Shown in pieces: positions 28,271 through 36,430 of a stretch of 62,402 bases of DNA. The position numbers and the translations under genes were made by a program. The notes below the pieces were generated by a model that was not told where the DNA came from, ran no database searches, and saw only the letters and a list, made by a program, of their open reading frames with translations. This stretch comes from an uncultured Gammaproteobacteria bacterium (GTDB lineage: Bacteria > Patescibacteriota > Microgenomatia > Daviesbacterales > UBA10151), in assembly GCA_964392925.1 (NCBI GenBank), contig CAYMRP010000002.1, positions 2,244-64,645 on the forward strand. The letters are read 5' to 3'. Position 1 is the first letter of the stretch; every line of letters starts with the position of its first letter.

Positions 28271-28827
28271 CCAATATTGTTTTTGAGGGCGTAAGCATAA
28301 ATCAAACACCTTATATTATTCGTTACCCAAAAACCTCAGACTTAAAAGAACTTCACCGCTATATTAATGAGCTATCGAAAGAGAAAACTTTCATCTCTTT
28401 TCAGGGCGAAGAAATATCTCTGGAAGATGAAAAAACATATATTCAGTCTAGTTTAAAAAGAATTGCTGACAAAAAATCTATTCAATTAATAGTTGAATCA
28501 AATAATAAAATTATTGGCGTATCAGGAATTGATACCAAAGGTCGCGTTAATAATCACGTTGGAATTTTTGGTATATCTGTGGCTAAAGATTTCAGAGGTC
28601 AGGGAATTGGTAAAAAACTTATTGAACTCGCCATTCAGGAAACAAAGAAAAATTTAAGCCATATTAAAATAATTCATCTCGAATGTTTTGCAACCAACGA
28701 AGCTGCCTGTAATTTATACAAATCCGTCGGCTTTAAAGAATATGGAAAACTCCCGGGCGGAATTGCTTATAAAAACAATTATGTTGACGAGATTCTAATG
28801 TACTACAATCTTCAAGATAGTAAATAA
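28267..28827 (+). CDS. GNAT-family N-acetyltransferase
   Basis: Acetyl-CoA motif FRGQGIGKKLI. Confidence 0.85.
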   Translation: MTNIVFEGVSINQTPYIIRYPKTSDLKELHRYINELSKEKTFISFQGEEISLEDEKTYIQSSLKRIADKKSIQLIVESNNKIIGVSGIDTKGRVNNHVGIFGISVAKDFRGQGIGKKLIELAIQETKKNLSHIKIIHLECFATNEAACNLYKSVGFKEYGKLPGGIAYKNNYVDEILMYYNLQDSK

Positions 28828-28838
28828 CTTATAAAACA

Positions 28839-29543
28839 ATGCAAAACATTAAAATCAATCACGAGCTCTCTGCCTCATTATTTATTCCAGAGAAACAAAA
28901 TAATAATAAACCTCACCCCGCATTAATTTTTATTCATGGTTGGAGAAGTAATCGTCAAGGCAATAATAAAAGAGCCGAAGCTATTTCAAAACTTGGTTAT
29001 ATTTGTCTGACTTTAGACCTTAGAGGCCACGGGGATTCAGCTGGAACAATCGATCAATTCTCCAGACAAGACCACCTCGATGATATAAAGCATGCTTATA
29101 AATATTTAGCTAATTTGGATAATGTTGATAAATCAAAAATTAGTATTGTTGGAGCAAGTTACGGCGGGTACCTCGCTGCTGTCTCCACAAATTATCTCCA
29201 ATTCAGTAAACTCGCACTGAGAGTTCCTGCACTATACTTTGATGATAACTTTGATACCCCATCAGATAAATTAATAAGAGGTGACACCAAGGCTTTTAAA
29301 ACTTCCGGTTTAACATCTCATAACAGCTTAGCTCTAAAAGGTATCGCCAATTTCAAGGGAGATATTTTAATTGTTGAATCAGAAAAAGATACCGTCATAC
29401 CGCACGATGTAATAGAAAATTACTTGGAGGTTATCAAAGATAAAAGTAAACTTACCTATAAAGTAATGAAAGATGCCGAGCACTCTTTAAGTACAAATGA
29501 ACAAGAAAATGATTACATTCAGATACTTAAAAATTGGATCTGA
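28839..29543 (+). CDS. Alpha/beta hydrolase (dienelactone-hydrolase / S9-like)
   Basis: HGWRS, GASYGG nucleophile elbow, C-terminal DAEH. Confidence 0.8.
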   Translation: MQNIKINHELSASLFIPEKQNNNKPHPALIFIHGWRSNRQGNNKRAEAISKLGYICLTLDLRGHGDSAGTIDQFSRQDHLDDIKHAYKYLANLDNVDKSKISIVGASYGGYLAAVSTNYLQFSKLALRVPALYFDDNFDTPSDKLIRGDTKAFKTSGLTSHNSLALKGIANFKGDILIVESEKDTVIPHDVIENYLEVIKDKSKLTYKVMKDAEHSLSTNEQENDYIQILKNWI

Positions 29544-29565
29544 AATAAAATAATTGACCTATAGT

Positions 29566-29594
29566 TTGATATTTCTAGAAGTTTGATTTATAAT
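29566..29594 (+). promoter_or_regulatory. Sigma-70-like promoter (TTGATA-17 nt-TATAAT) giving a near-leaderless transcript
   Basis: TTGATA at 29566..29571, a 17-nt spacer, and TATAAT at 29589..29594. The ATG follows at 29605. Confidence 0.5.
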
Positions 29595-29604
29595 CAGTTA
29601 AATT

Positions 29605-30522
29605 ATGAGCGTGTTACCTGAATTAAAAGGCAAATTACATATGTTTTTTGGAAAGGCCCGGAAACTTGAGCCTAGTGGTCACTTAGCTGAGCCTGCGACT
29701 AACGATAGCGAAGGCCCGCATACTGAAAAAGAAATTCCCTGGGATAAATTTAAAAGATACTTTAGTCCCCTACCTGGATCACTAGCCAGCATAAAGCAAG
29801 ATCAAATTGATTTTGGTGATATTTATCTCGCACCAAGAAAGTCAGGGAGTGAATTAACAATAGTGCCAATTCATATTCAGGGCTGGAGAAGAAAAAAAAG
29901 CTCTGCCGATTTATTACTTATACTTGGATTCAACCAACAAGATAGAGTCGTGGGAATGAGAACTGTAACTTTAGATCTATCAACAGAGGTACTTAGCGCT
30001 GAAGGTGCCTTAGCAAGTGCAATTTGTAGTGACGGAATCGGAAGTGCAATTGAACAAGTAAGAGCAAGAACTTCGTCAGAACTTTTAATGGGTTATATTG
30101 ATCGAGGTTATCGTTTTGAGCATCTAAGTCATCACGTCGTCGATGAGAATAGAGAAGTTTTAGAAATATTAAGAATCAAGGCCACACAAAGAGAATCAAA
30201 CGAACTAATGAAAAAGCGTTATGAACATGCAGCTAGTGACAGGCCACGATGGGAATCGTTATTTAATAAGCCCAGCATGGATGAATCTCAAAAGGCAGGA
30301 CTAATTACAATAGTTCCAGACCGCACAGTCGCTCGCGGCTTTCGCTCTTTAGAGAGAACTGTCTTTGAAATGGTTCGAACACCAACCAACACTAGAGCAG
30401 AATGGGCGTTTAATGACAGGGGTAGTAACGCTTATTCAGAAATAGCTGATCGGGGTCTATTAAGTAAAAGTTACATACAAGAGAAAATGGCTGAAGCTTT
30501 ACAAACACCGCCAGAATCCTGA
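29605..30522 (+). CDS. Hypothetical protein (305 aa, no recognisable family)
   Basis: Long ORF with its own canonical promoter. Arg- and Glu-rich, no motif recognised. Confidence 0.6.
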   Translation: MSVLPELKGKLHMFFGKARKLEPSGHLAEPATNDSEGPHTEKEIPWDKFKRYFSPLPGSLASIKQDQIDFGDIYLAPRKSGSELTIVPIHIQGWRRKKSSADLLLILGFNQQDRVVGMRTVTLDLSTEVLSAEGALASAICSDGIGSAIEQVRARTSSELLMGYIDRGYRFEHLSHHVVDENREVLEILRIKATQRESNELMKKRYEHAASDRPRWESLFNKPSMDESQKAGLITIVPDRTVARGFRSLERTVFEMVRTPTNTRAEWAFNDRGSNAYSEIADRGLLSKSYIQEKMAEALQTPPES

Positions 30523-30550
30523 TTAAATATTTGTTACAATAATTACCAAG

Positions 30551-30796
30551 ATGATCTGGCAAGATATTATCCTTACTGGAGCACAAATATTTTTCGGACT
30601 TTCCCTTCTCCCCTCTATCTTCTCAAAAGATAAACCGGCTCTTCTAACTAGCGCCTCAACATCTTTTATGTTATTCGTAATCAGCTATGTAAACTATACT
30701 CTTAATTTATTTGGCGCTTCCTTAGGCTTATTTATTGTCGCAATCCTCTGGGGCACTCTCGCAATCCAAAAGTACTCATCCCGCAAAAAAAGTTGA
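30551..30796 (+). CDS. Small membrane protein (81 aa, 3 predicted TM helices)
   Basis: Hydrophobic ORF, basic C-terminus. Confidence 0.45.
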   Translation: MIWQDIILTGAQIFFGLSLLPSIFSKDKPALLTSASTSFMLFVISYVNYTLNLFGASLGLFIVAILWGTLAIQKYSSRKKS

Positions 30797-30810
30797 TTTA
30801 TTAATACTAA

Positions 30811-31149
30811 AGAGTACAATTCTTTTATACGCCAGAACGAATTTTAAAACCAACTCCAGGTCGCCCAGAATTATATAATGGAGACTATCTCCTTTTAGCT
30901 TTCAAGCGCCGTAAAACTCATTTAGGAATTACCAGATTTCTTGATCGCTATCTAAAAGACTTATCAGAGAGGAGATATCGTTCTGCCCCCAACAAAGATT
31001 TCTTGGCACTAAGGTATTGCATCGAAAATATAGATGCCCAATTAACTACTTCTCCTAGTCCTGTTTGGAAAAAAGAGATAGATCTTTACATAAAAAATGA
31101 GGCTGGAAGATGGGGCTTCGCTGAGGATACTTTATCACAAGTTTCTTAA
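30811..31149 (+). pseudogene. 112-codon open frame lacking any ATG/GTG/TTG in its first ~60 codons (gene remnant or unusual start)
   Basis: Hand translation: RVQFFYTPERILKPTPGRPELYNGDYLLLAFKRRKTHLGITRFLDRYLKDL...GFAEDTLSQVS. Its stop overlaps the purC stop region. Confidence 0.3.
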
Positions 31150-32120
31150 CTTAAAGCTTCTGTAATATTTTTCTCTATTCTTTCTTCAATTGGATAATCA
31201 AACGCTTCAAATATTTCCCCCGTTAACATCTCATAAACCTCAACATATCTTTTAGCCAAAGCGATAATTAGTTCCTCGCTCATTTCCGGCGGCTCGCCGT
31301 CCCCCTTGTAGCCTTGATCCGCATACCAAAGTCTTAAAAATTCTTTATCAAAGTTCTCCGGCTCTTCGCCTTTATCAAATCTTTCTTGATAAGAATCAGC
31401 TTTCCAATATCTTGAAGAATCAGGTGTATGAATCTCATCCATTAAAACCAACTGGCCATCTATAATTCCAAATTCATATTTTGTATCAACTAAAATCAGC
31501 CCCTGTTTTAATGCAATCTCAGAACCTCTCTTAAATAATGCTATTGCTGCTTTCTCCATCTGCAAATAAATTTCTTTATCTACTAAATCAGAATTTAGAA
31601 TCTGATCTCTTGTTAATCTTTCGTCATGCCCCCCATTACCAGTTAGATCACCATGTGTTGTTGGAGTGATAACTGGTTCAGTCAGTTTTTGATTTTTCTT
31701 AAGTCCCTCAGGAAATTCTATCCCGTAAATTTTTCGCTCGCCCTTTTGATAAGATCCCCAAATTGACGTATTTGTTACTCCGGAAATATACCCTCTGACA
31801 ATCATTTCAATAGGGATACCAGTACAGGATTTAACAATTGAAACATTAGGATCAGGAACCGAAATTAAATGATTTGAAACAATATCAGAAGTTTCTTCAA
31901 ACCAAAACGCCGCTAATTGATTTAAAACCGCACCTTTAAATGGAATCTCCCCTAAAACATAATCAAACGCTGATTGCCTGTCTGTAGTAACAATTATTCT
32001 CCGACCATCCTCAAGAATATAAGTATCCCGAACTTTTCCAACAAACTTTTCTCCAAAATTAAAATCAGTAGTCTTTAAAACTTTAGGCAGTGCTTCAAGA
32101 ATTTGGTCATCAGTAACCAC
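31146..32120 (-). CDS. purC: SAICAR synthetase
   Basis: GKVRDTY, TDRQSAFD and LVDTKYEFG motifs. Confidence 0.9.
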   Translation of the reverse strand: MVTDDQILEALPKVLKTTDFNFGEKFVGKVRDTYILEDGRRIIVTTDRQSAFDYVLGEIPFKGAVLNQLAAFWFEETSDIVSNHLISVPDPNVSIVKSCTGIPIEMIVRGYISGVTNTSIWGSYQKGERKIYGIEFPEGLKKNQKLTEPVITPTTHGDLTGNGGHDERLTRDQILNSDLVDKEIYLQMEKAAIALFKRGSEIALKQGLILVDTKYEFGIIDGQLVLMDEIHTPDSSRYWKADSYQERFDKGEEPENFDKEFLRLWYADQGYKGDGEPPEMSEELIIALAKRYVEVYEMLTGEIFEAFDYPIEERIEKNITEALS

Positions 32121-32644
32121 TATTCCTCCTCCAAATATTTCGCATAGCCATCTGAGGTTAACTTTTCCGATTTCTCCAAAACAGAACCTTCTATATTCTT
32201 CATATATTCTTCAAGCTTTTCTGATAGCTCTAAATTTTCTACAGCTAAAATTTTAACTGCTAAAAGTCCGGCATTCTTCGCCCCATTTATCGAAACCGTC
32301 GCAACTGGAATTCCCGGTGGCATTTGAACTATCGATAATAACGAATCGATACCATCTAAATTAGAAGTTTTAATAGGCACACCAATCACCGGTAAAGTTG
32401 TGTGAGATGCCGTCATCCCAGGTAAATGCGCTGATCCGCCTGCACCAGCAATGATTACTTTCAAGCCTCGGGAAGCAGCAGATTTTGCATATTCATTCAT
32501 TAAATCAGGAGTTCTATGAGCAGAAACAATTTTAACTTCATGAGCGATACCAAACTCTTCCAAAATTTTAGCCGCCTCAGACATAACAGCCAAATCCGAA
32601 TCCGACCCCATTATTATTCCTACAACAGTATTTCCCATATTCAT
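32120..32644 (-). CDS. purE: N5-CAIR mutase
   Basis: [26 protein letters not shown]. Confidence 0.95.
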   Translation of the reverse strand: MNMGNTVVGIIMGSDSDLAVMSEAAKILEEFGIAHEVKIVSAHRTPDLMNEYAKSAASRGLKVIIAGAGGSAHLPGMTASHTTLPVIGVPIKTSNLDGIDSLLSIVQMPPGIPVATVSINGAKNAGLLAVKILAVENLELSEKLEEYMKNIEGSVLEKSEKLTSDGYAKYLEEE

Positions 32645-32688
32645 CTGTACTATATCAAAAAATCATACTTAAATCATTAATAACACCT

Positions 32689-32844
32689 GCATTGAACGCA
32701 GCTCCGTTAAGAATCTTGAGCGAGATATCAGGGGGAGAAGTAGGCTTTATGCCTGAGGGGGTCAACCCCCGATCAACGAGCGAAAGATTCAGGAGACCGT
32801 TCTCTGCAGGCAGCTTTTGCGGTACTTTTGCTGTCAAAAGTACC
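32689..32844 (-). repeat. Structured intergenic element, copy 2 (between purK and purE)
   Basis: Same conserved blocks as copies 1 and 3. Terminal hairpin GGTACTTTTG-CTGT-CAAAAGTACC. Confidence 0.75.
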
Positions 32845-32878
32845 AAAGAATTATTGCAGCTATACTTCAAAGAAACTT

Positions 32879-34066
32879 TCATATCTTTATCAAACTCCTC
32901 GCTTTATTCGCCTTCACCAAAACCTCTTCCAAACTATCCCCCACCACAGTCAAATGCCCCATTTTTCGTTCCATTTTCACTTCCTTCTTGCCATAAATAT
33001 GAACGAAACAATTGCCCAAAGCTTCTGCTTCTTGAACACCTTCAACTGAAGCTATCCCATCTCTTTCTCCTAATATATTCACCATAACCGCTGCTCCAAA
33101 TTTTAAATTTGTATTCCCTAGTTCCATTTCAGAAACTGCTCTTAATTGGTTTTCAAACTGTGAAGTCTCACAAGCCTCAATAGTATAGTGCCCGCTATTA
33201 TGCACTCTTGGCGCAATTTCATTAACTAAAATATCTCCTGATTTAGTCAAAAACATCTCAATTCCAAAAACTCCAGCTCCTTCTAAATGCTCCATAACTT
33301 TTATTGCAAACTCTTCCGCTTTTTGAGATTGTTCTTGAGTGATTGGAGCCGGCGTTAAAGTAATCTGCAAAATATTATTCTCATGAATCGTCTCCACCAC
33401 CGGATAAGTTTTTATTTCCGAGCCAGAGCGAGGAAACAAGGTTCCCCTTATTTTTCCATTTTTACCAGCTTCAGCTGGCAAGCTTTGCTTCTGCCGCGCC
33501 GCCATAATTGCTAACTCTTTTTCAAATTCCACAAACCCTTCAACATATAAATTCTCCCCGCCTAATTTATCAAAACCCTCTTTTATATCATTATCATTTC
33601 TAACTACAAAATTACCCTTTCCGTCATACCCTCCGAAACGAGTTTTTAAAAGCATAGGCATTCCTAATTCTTCTGCGGCATTTTTTACGTCCTCTACCGA
33701 TTCAACTTTTTTAAATGGGGCAACCGGAATTCCATTTTTACTCAGAAATTCTTTCTGCAAATATTTATCTTTTATTTTGGATAAAGTTTTAGGCGATGGA
33801 TTAACTTTAAAACCTTTATTTTCTAATTCTTCTAGAACATCAGTATTTATATGCTCAATTTCCCAGGTAATAAAATCTGAATTCTCTGCCAGCTCCCGAA
33901 TTTTCTCAGCATCATTCAAATCTCCAACTATTTGCTTAGCCCCAACCTGCACAGCCGGAGGATTGTCATTTTTCTCCAAGACAATAATGTCCAGGCCCAG
34001 CTTAGAAGCAGCCTGAGTCATCATTTGTCCTAACTGCCCACCACCAATAATTCCCACAGTTTTCAT
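32879..34066 (-). CDS. purK: N5-CAIR synthetase
   Basis: GIIGGGQLG and an ATP-grasp pattern. ATG at 34066 is preferred over the track's TTG at 34078. Carries an in-frame insert (see 33461..33490). Confidence 0.9.
   Translation of the reverse strand: MKTVGIIGGGQLGQMMTQAASKLGLDIIVLEKNDNPPAVQVGAKQIVGDLNDAEKIRELAENSDFITWEIEHINTDVLEELENKGFKVNPSPKTLSKIKDKYLQKEFLSKNGIPVAPFKKVESVEDVKNAAEELGMPMLLKTRFGGYDGKGNFVVRNDNDIKEGFDKLGGENLYVEGFVEFEKELAIMAARQKQSLPAEAGKNGKIRGTLFPRSGSEIKTYPVVETIHENNILQITLTPAPITQEQSQKAEEFAIKVMEHLEGAGVFGIEMFLTKSGDILVNEIAPRVHNSGHYTIEACETSQFENQLRAVSEMELGNTNLKFGAAVMVNILGERDGIASVEGVQEAEALGNCFVHIYGKKEVKMERKMGHLTVVGDSLEEVLVKANKARSLIKI
33461..33490. repeat. 30-nt palindrome-containing segment inside purK, shared with the DUF1801 gene
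   Basis: 28/30 identity to 13923..13952. Encodes KQSLPAEAGK within an apparent insertion in PurK. Confidence 0.85.
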
Positions 34067-34099
34067 ATTATTTTTCAAAAAGAAGCGAGAAAATACCTC
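34067..34099. repeat. ~30-nt intergenic motif, copy a (fills the HAD-purK spacer)
   Basis: ATTATTTTTCAAAAAGAAGCGAGAAAATACCTC. Related to the copies at 43155, 55011 and 59686. Confidence 0.7.
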
Positions 34100-34742
34100 A
34101 CCTCAATGTTTCAACTATTTTATGAATTTCCTTCAAATCCTGAATTACAAAATCAGCTCCTGAAAAATCTAAATTTTTATTATGAATCCCCTTATATCCA
34201 ATTACTTTTGCCCCCGATGCCCTTCCAGCTTTCATACCATTTTCTGAATCTTCAATGATAACAGCTTCATCTTTACCAATATTTAACTTCTTCATCGACA
34301 GATTAAATATTTCCGGATCCGGTTTACCATTTTTTATCTCATCCCCATGGGTTCGTTCACTAAAGTATTTTAAGAGATCAAATTTTAAAAGCACCTGATC
34401 AGCTAGTTCTTTAGTAGTACTAGTAGCCAATCCAAATTTATATAATGATGATAATTCAGGAAAGACTTCTTCAATTCCCGGCATCAATTCAACATGATCT
34501 TTATATAATTCTTCAATAAAAGATTGATACTCGACGGCTGCTTCGTCTAATGATTTATTACTGCCGTATTTTTCTGCCAAAATAGGAAAATAACTTGAGA
34601 ATGGTGTCCCCATATATGAAGCCAGTACTTTAGTATCTGCAAAAATCCCCAGTCGTCCTAAAAATTCTTTTTCTAATCTTTGATAATGAGTTTCAGAATC
34701 AATAATCACCCCATCCATATCCCAAATAATAGCTTTAATCAT
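34098..34742 (-). CDS. HAD-superfamily hydrolase (beta-phosphoglucomutase-like subfamily IA)
   Basis: IWDMDGVIIDSE motif I, TSTT motif II, GKPDPEIF, EDSENG. Confidence 0.85.
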   Translation of the reverse strand: MIKAIIWDMDGVIIDSETHYQRLEKEFLGRLGIFADTKVLASYMGTPFSSYFPILAEKYGSNKSLDEAAVEYQSFIEELYKDHVELMPGIEEVFPELSSLYKFGLATSTTKELADQVLLKFDLLKYFSERTHGDEIKNGKPDPEIFNLSMKKLNIGKDEAVIIEDSENGMKAGRASGAKVIGYKGIHNKNLDFSGADFVIQDLKEIHKIVETLR

Positions 34743-34972
34743 TAATCTGATCTTAAATCTCCCCTTAGCCTTCTAGTTCTTCCTGTTTCTCTTTGAGCGT
34801 CTGTAACACTTCTCCAATATAGGTTTATAGAATACAGTCTAGTATTCATTGGATCAGGATCATGTTCGGACACAGCGATAGAATGTATTGCTTTCCCAAC
34901 TGTACCTTCAGGGACTTTACTAGCCTTTAATAATTTATCCATCATGGTTGAGAATTCAGGACCCTTAGGCAT
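34742..34972 (-). CDS. Hypothetical 76-aa protein embedded in the purB-HAD-purK operon
   Basis: Junctions are TAAATG with the purB stop and TAATG with the HAD start. Basic C-terminus, no family recognised. Confidence 0.45.
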   Translation of the reverse strand: MPKGPEFSTMMDKLLKASKVPEGTVGKAIHSIAVSEHDPDPMNTRLYSINLYWRSVTDAQRETGRTRRLRGDLRSD

Positions 34973-36352
34973 TTATTGTGCCTCCTTAATATGTTTGAGC
35001 AGTTCGTTTGCTCTTTTAGGTGCAGTTCCTAAATGACTTTGTGGATCAATAATTTTTTCTAATTTTTCTTTACCAACAAACTTGAGTATTTCTTCTCTTT
35101 TCATTAACAAGTCCAGCAGTGGATTTTCCTCACCAACTGAAACTAAACTCCAAGCCTCCATAGAAATCTCTCTCAAAATCTCATGCATAACCTGACGATC
35201 TGCTCCATTTTTGACAGCCTCTATTATTACTTCCTCAGTGGCCGAAAACGGCGCATATCTTTCTAGATTCTCCTGAATTTTCGCTTCATTAACCACAAGT
35301 CCTGAAACTATTCCTATAGCTGATTTTAATATTTCATCAACTCCTAAAAACATCTCCGGCATATAAACTCTTCTGTTTCCAGAATCATCAATAGTTCTTT
35401 CGAGTAAAGATAATGAGGCATTTTGTGCCGCATTATCCGAAAGACTTAAAACTAATTTTGCAATCGAACAAATATTCTCAGATTTAACCGGATTTCTTTT
35501 AAACGGCATTGCCGAAGACCCAACTTGTGTTTTACCAAATGGTTCCGATAATTCTCCAAAATTCGGTGACTGCAAAACCCGAAGGTCAAATGCAAATTTA
35601 TATAAAGATTGAGCAATTCCTGATAAAACCGAGGTTATAAAATAATCCATTTTACGAGGTGTCGTTTGTCCTGTAATCAAAGCCGCTTTAAGTCCTAATT
35701 TCTCCATTAACTCTTTTTCAAAGCTGTCAACATTTTCACCCATTAATTTCTTATATGAAGCCTGTGTACCTACTGCACCTTTAAATCCCTTACTTCTTAA
35801 TTCCTGCTTCATTTCCCGTAACCTATCCAAATCCCAAAGCAAGTCTTGTGCATACATCGCAAATCTATATCCTAAAGTTGTCGGCTCTGCAGGTTGCAAA
35901 TGTGTATACGCCATACAAGGCATATCAGCATATTTTTCGATTTTCTCTGCAAACGCACTAAGTAATTTGATTAATTTTTCCTCAACAATTATCAATGCCT
36001 CTTTAGCCCGAATCGAATCCGCATTATCAACCACATCCATTGAAGTCGCACCAAAATGAATTTTTCCTCCACCAACTTTCGCCTTTTCTGCAAATTCCCG
36101 AATTCCGGCCACCAAATCGTGTCCAGTTTCTTTTTCAATTTCATAAATCCTCTCAATATCAATATCCTCCTGATACTTCTCTAAATCCTCAACCTCTTCC
36201 TTTGATACGAGCCCCTCATCTCTCTGACTTCTGGCCATCTCCACCCAAATCCTTCTCCATAATCTATATTTATTTGCTTCCGAAAAAATCTCCCTCATCT
36301 CCGGAGTCCCGTATCTAAAACTAAATGCGCTGTTATAATTTTTAAAATCCAT
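34973..36352 (-). CDS. purB: Adenylosuccinate lyase
   Basis: Fumarate-lyase signature GSSAMPFKRNP. Confidence 0.95.
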   Translation of the reverse strand: MDFKNYNSAFSFRYGTPEMREIFSEANKYRLWRRIWVEMARSQRDEGLVSKEEVEDLEKYQEDIDIERIYEIEKETGHDLVAGIREFAEKAKVGGGKIHFGATSMDVVDNADSIRAKEALIIVEEKLIKLLSAFAEKIEKYADMPCMAYTHLQPAEPTTLGYRFAMYAQDLLWDLDRLREMKQELRSKGFKGAVGTQASYKKLMGENVDSFEKELMEKLGLKAALITGQTTPRKMDYFITSVLSGIAQSLYKFAFDLRVLQSPNFGELSEPFGKTQVGSSAMPFKRNPVKSENICSIAKLVLSLSDNAAQNASLSLLERTIDDSGNRRVYMPEMFLGVDEILKSAIGIVSGLVVNEAKIQENLERYAPFSATEEVIIEAVKNGADRQVMHEILREISMEAWSLVSVGEENPLLDLLMKREEILKFVGKEKLEKIIDPQSHLGTAPKRANELLKHIKEAQ

Positions 36353-36430
36353 AAATTAAATTGTTAAATGGTTAAATTGTGATATTGCTGTTTGTGATTT
36401 AAACAATTTAGCAATGTAGCAATTCAACAA
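36353..36430 (-). repeat. Intercistronic hairpin region sharing a ~30-nt block with 37553..37618
   Basis: The minus strand reads TTGTTGAATTGCTACATTGCTAAATTGTT here, versus TTGCTAAATTGCTGCATTGTTAAATTGTT in the other spacer. Confidence 0.6.

Noticed and set aside
32689-32844. Identity of the three-copy element with known purine-pathway riboswitches (guanine/adenine, ZTP/pfl, PRPP/ykkC)
   Set aside because: From memory, none of their hallmark conserved cores is present (for example the CCGCCUGGGC-type 3' strand of ZTP, or the GGGUUCCG...GGUCCGAGAG of ykkC). This needs cmsearch for a definitive answer.
32655-33087. Track ORFs 32655..32882(-), 32692..33087(+) and 32828..33049(+) as coding genes
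   Set aside because: They run through the structured intergenic element or antisense to purK. No equivalent ORF exists in the other two element copies, and their composition is low-complexity.
34742-34972. The 76-aa ORF as PurS
   Set aside because: Size and location fit, but the sequence lacks any PurS-like pattern, and PurS-like sequence is found fused to PurL instead.
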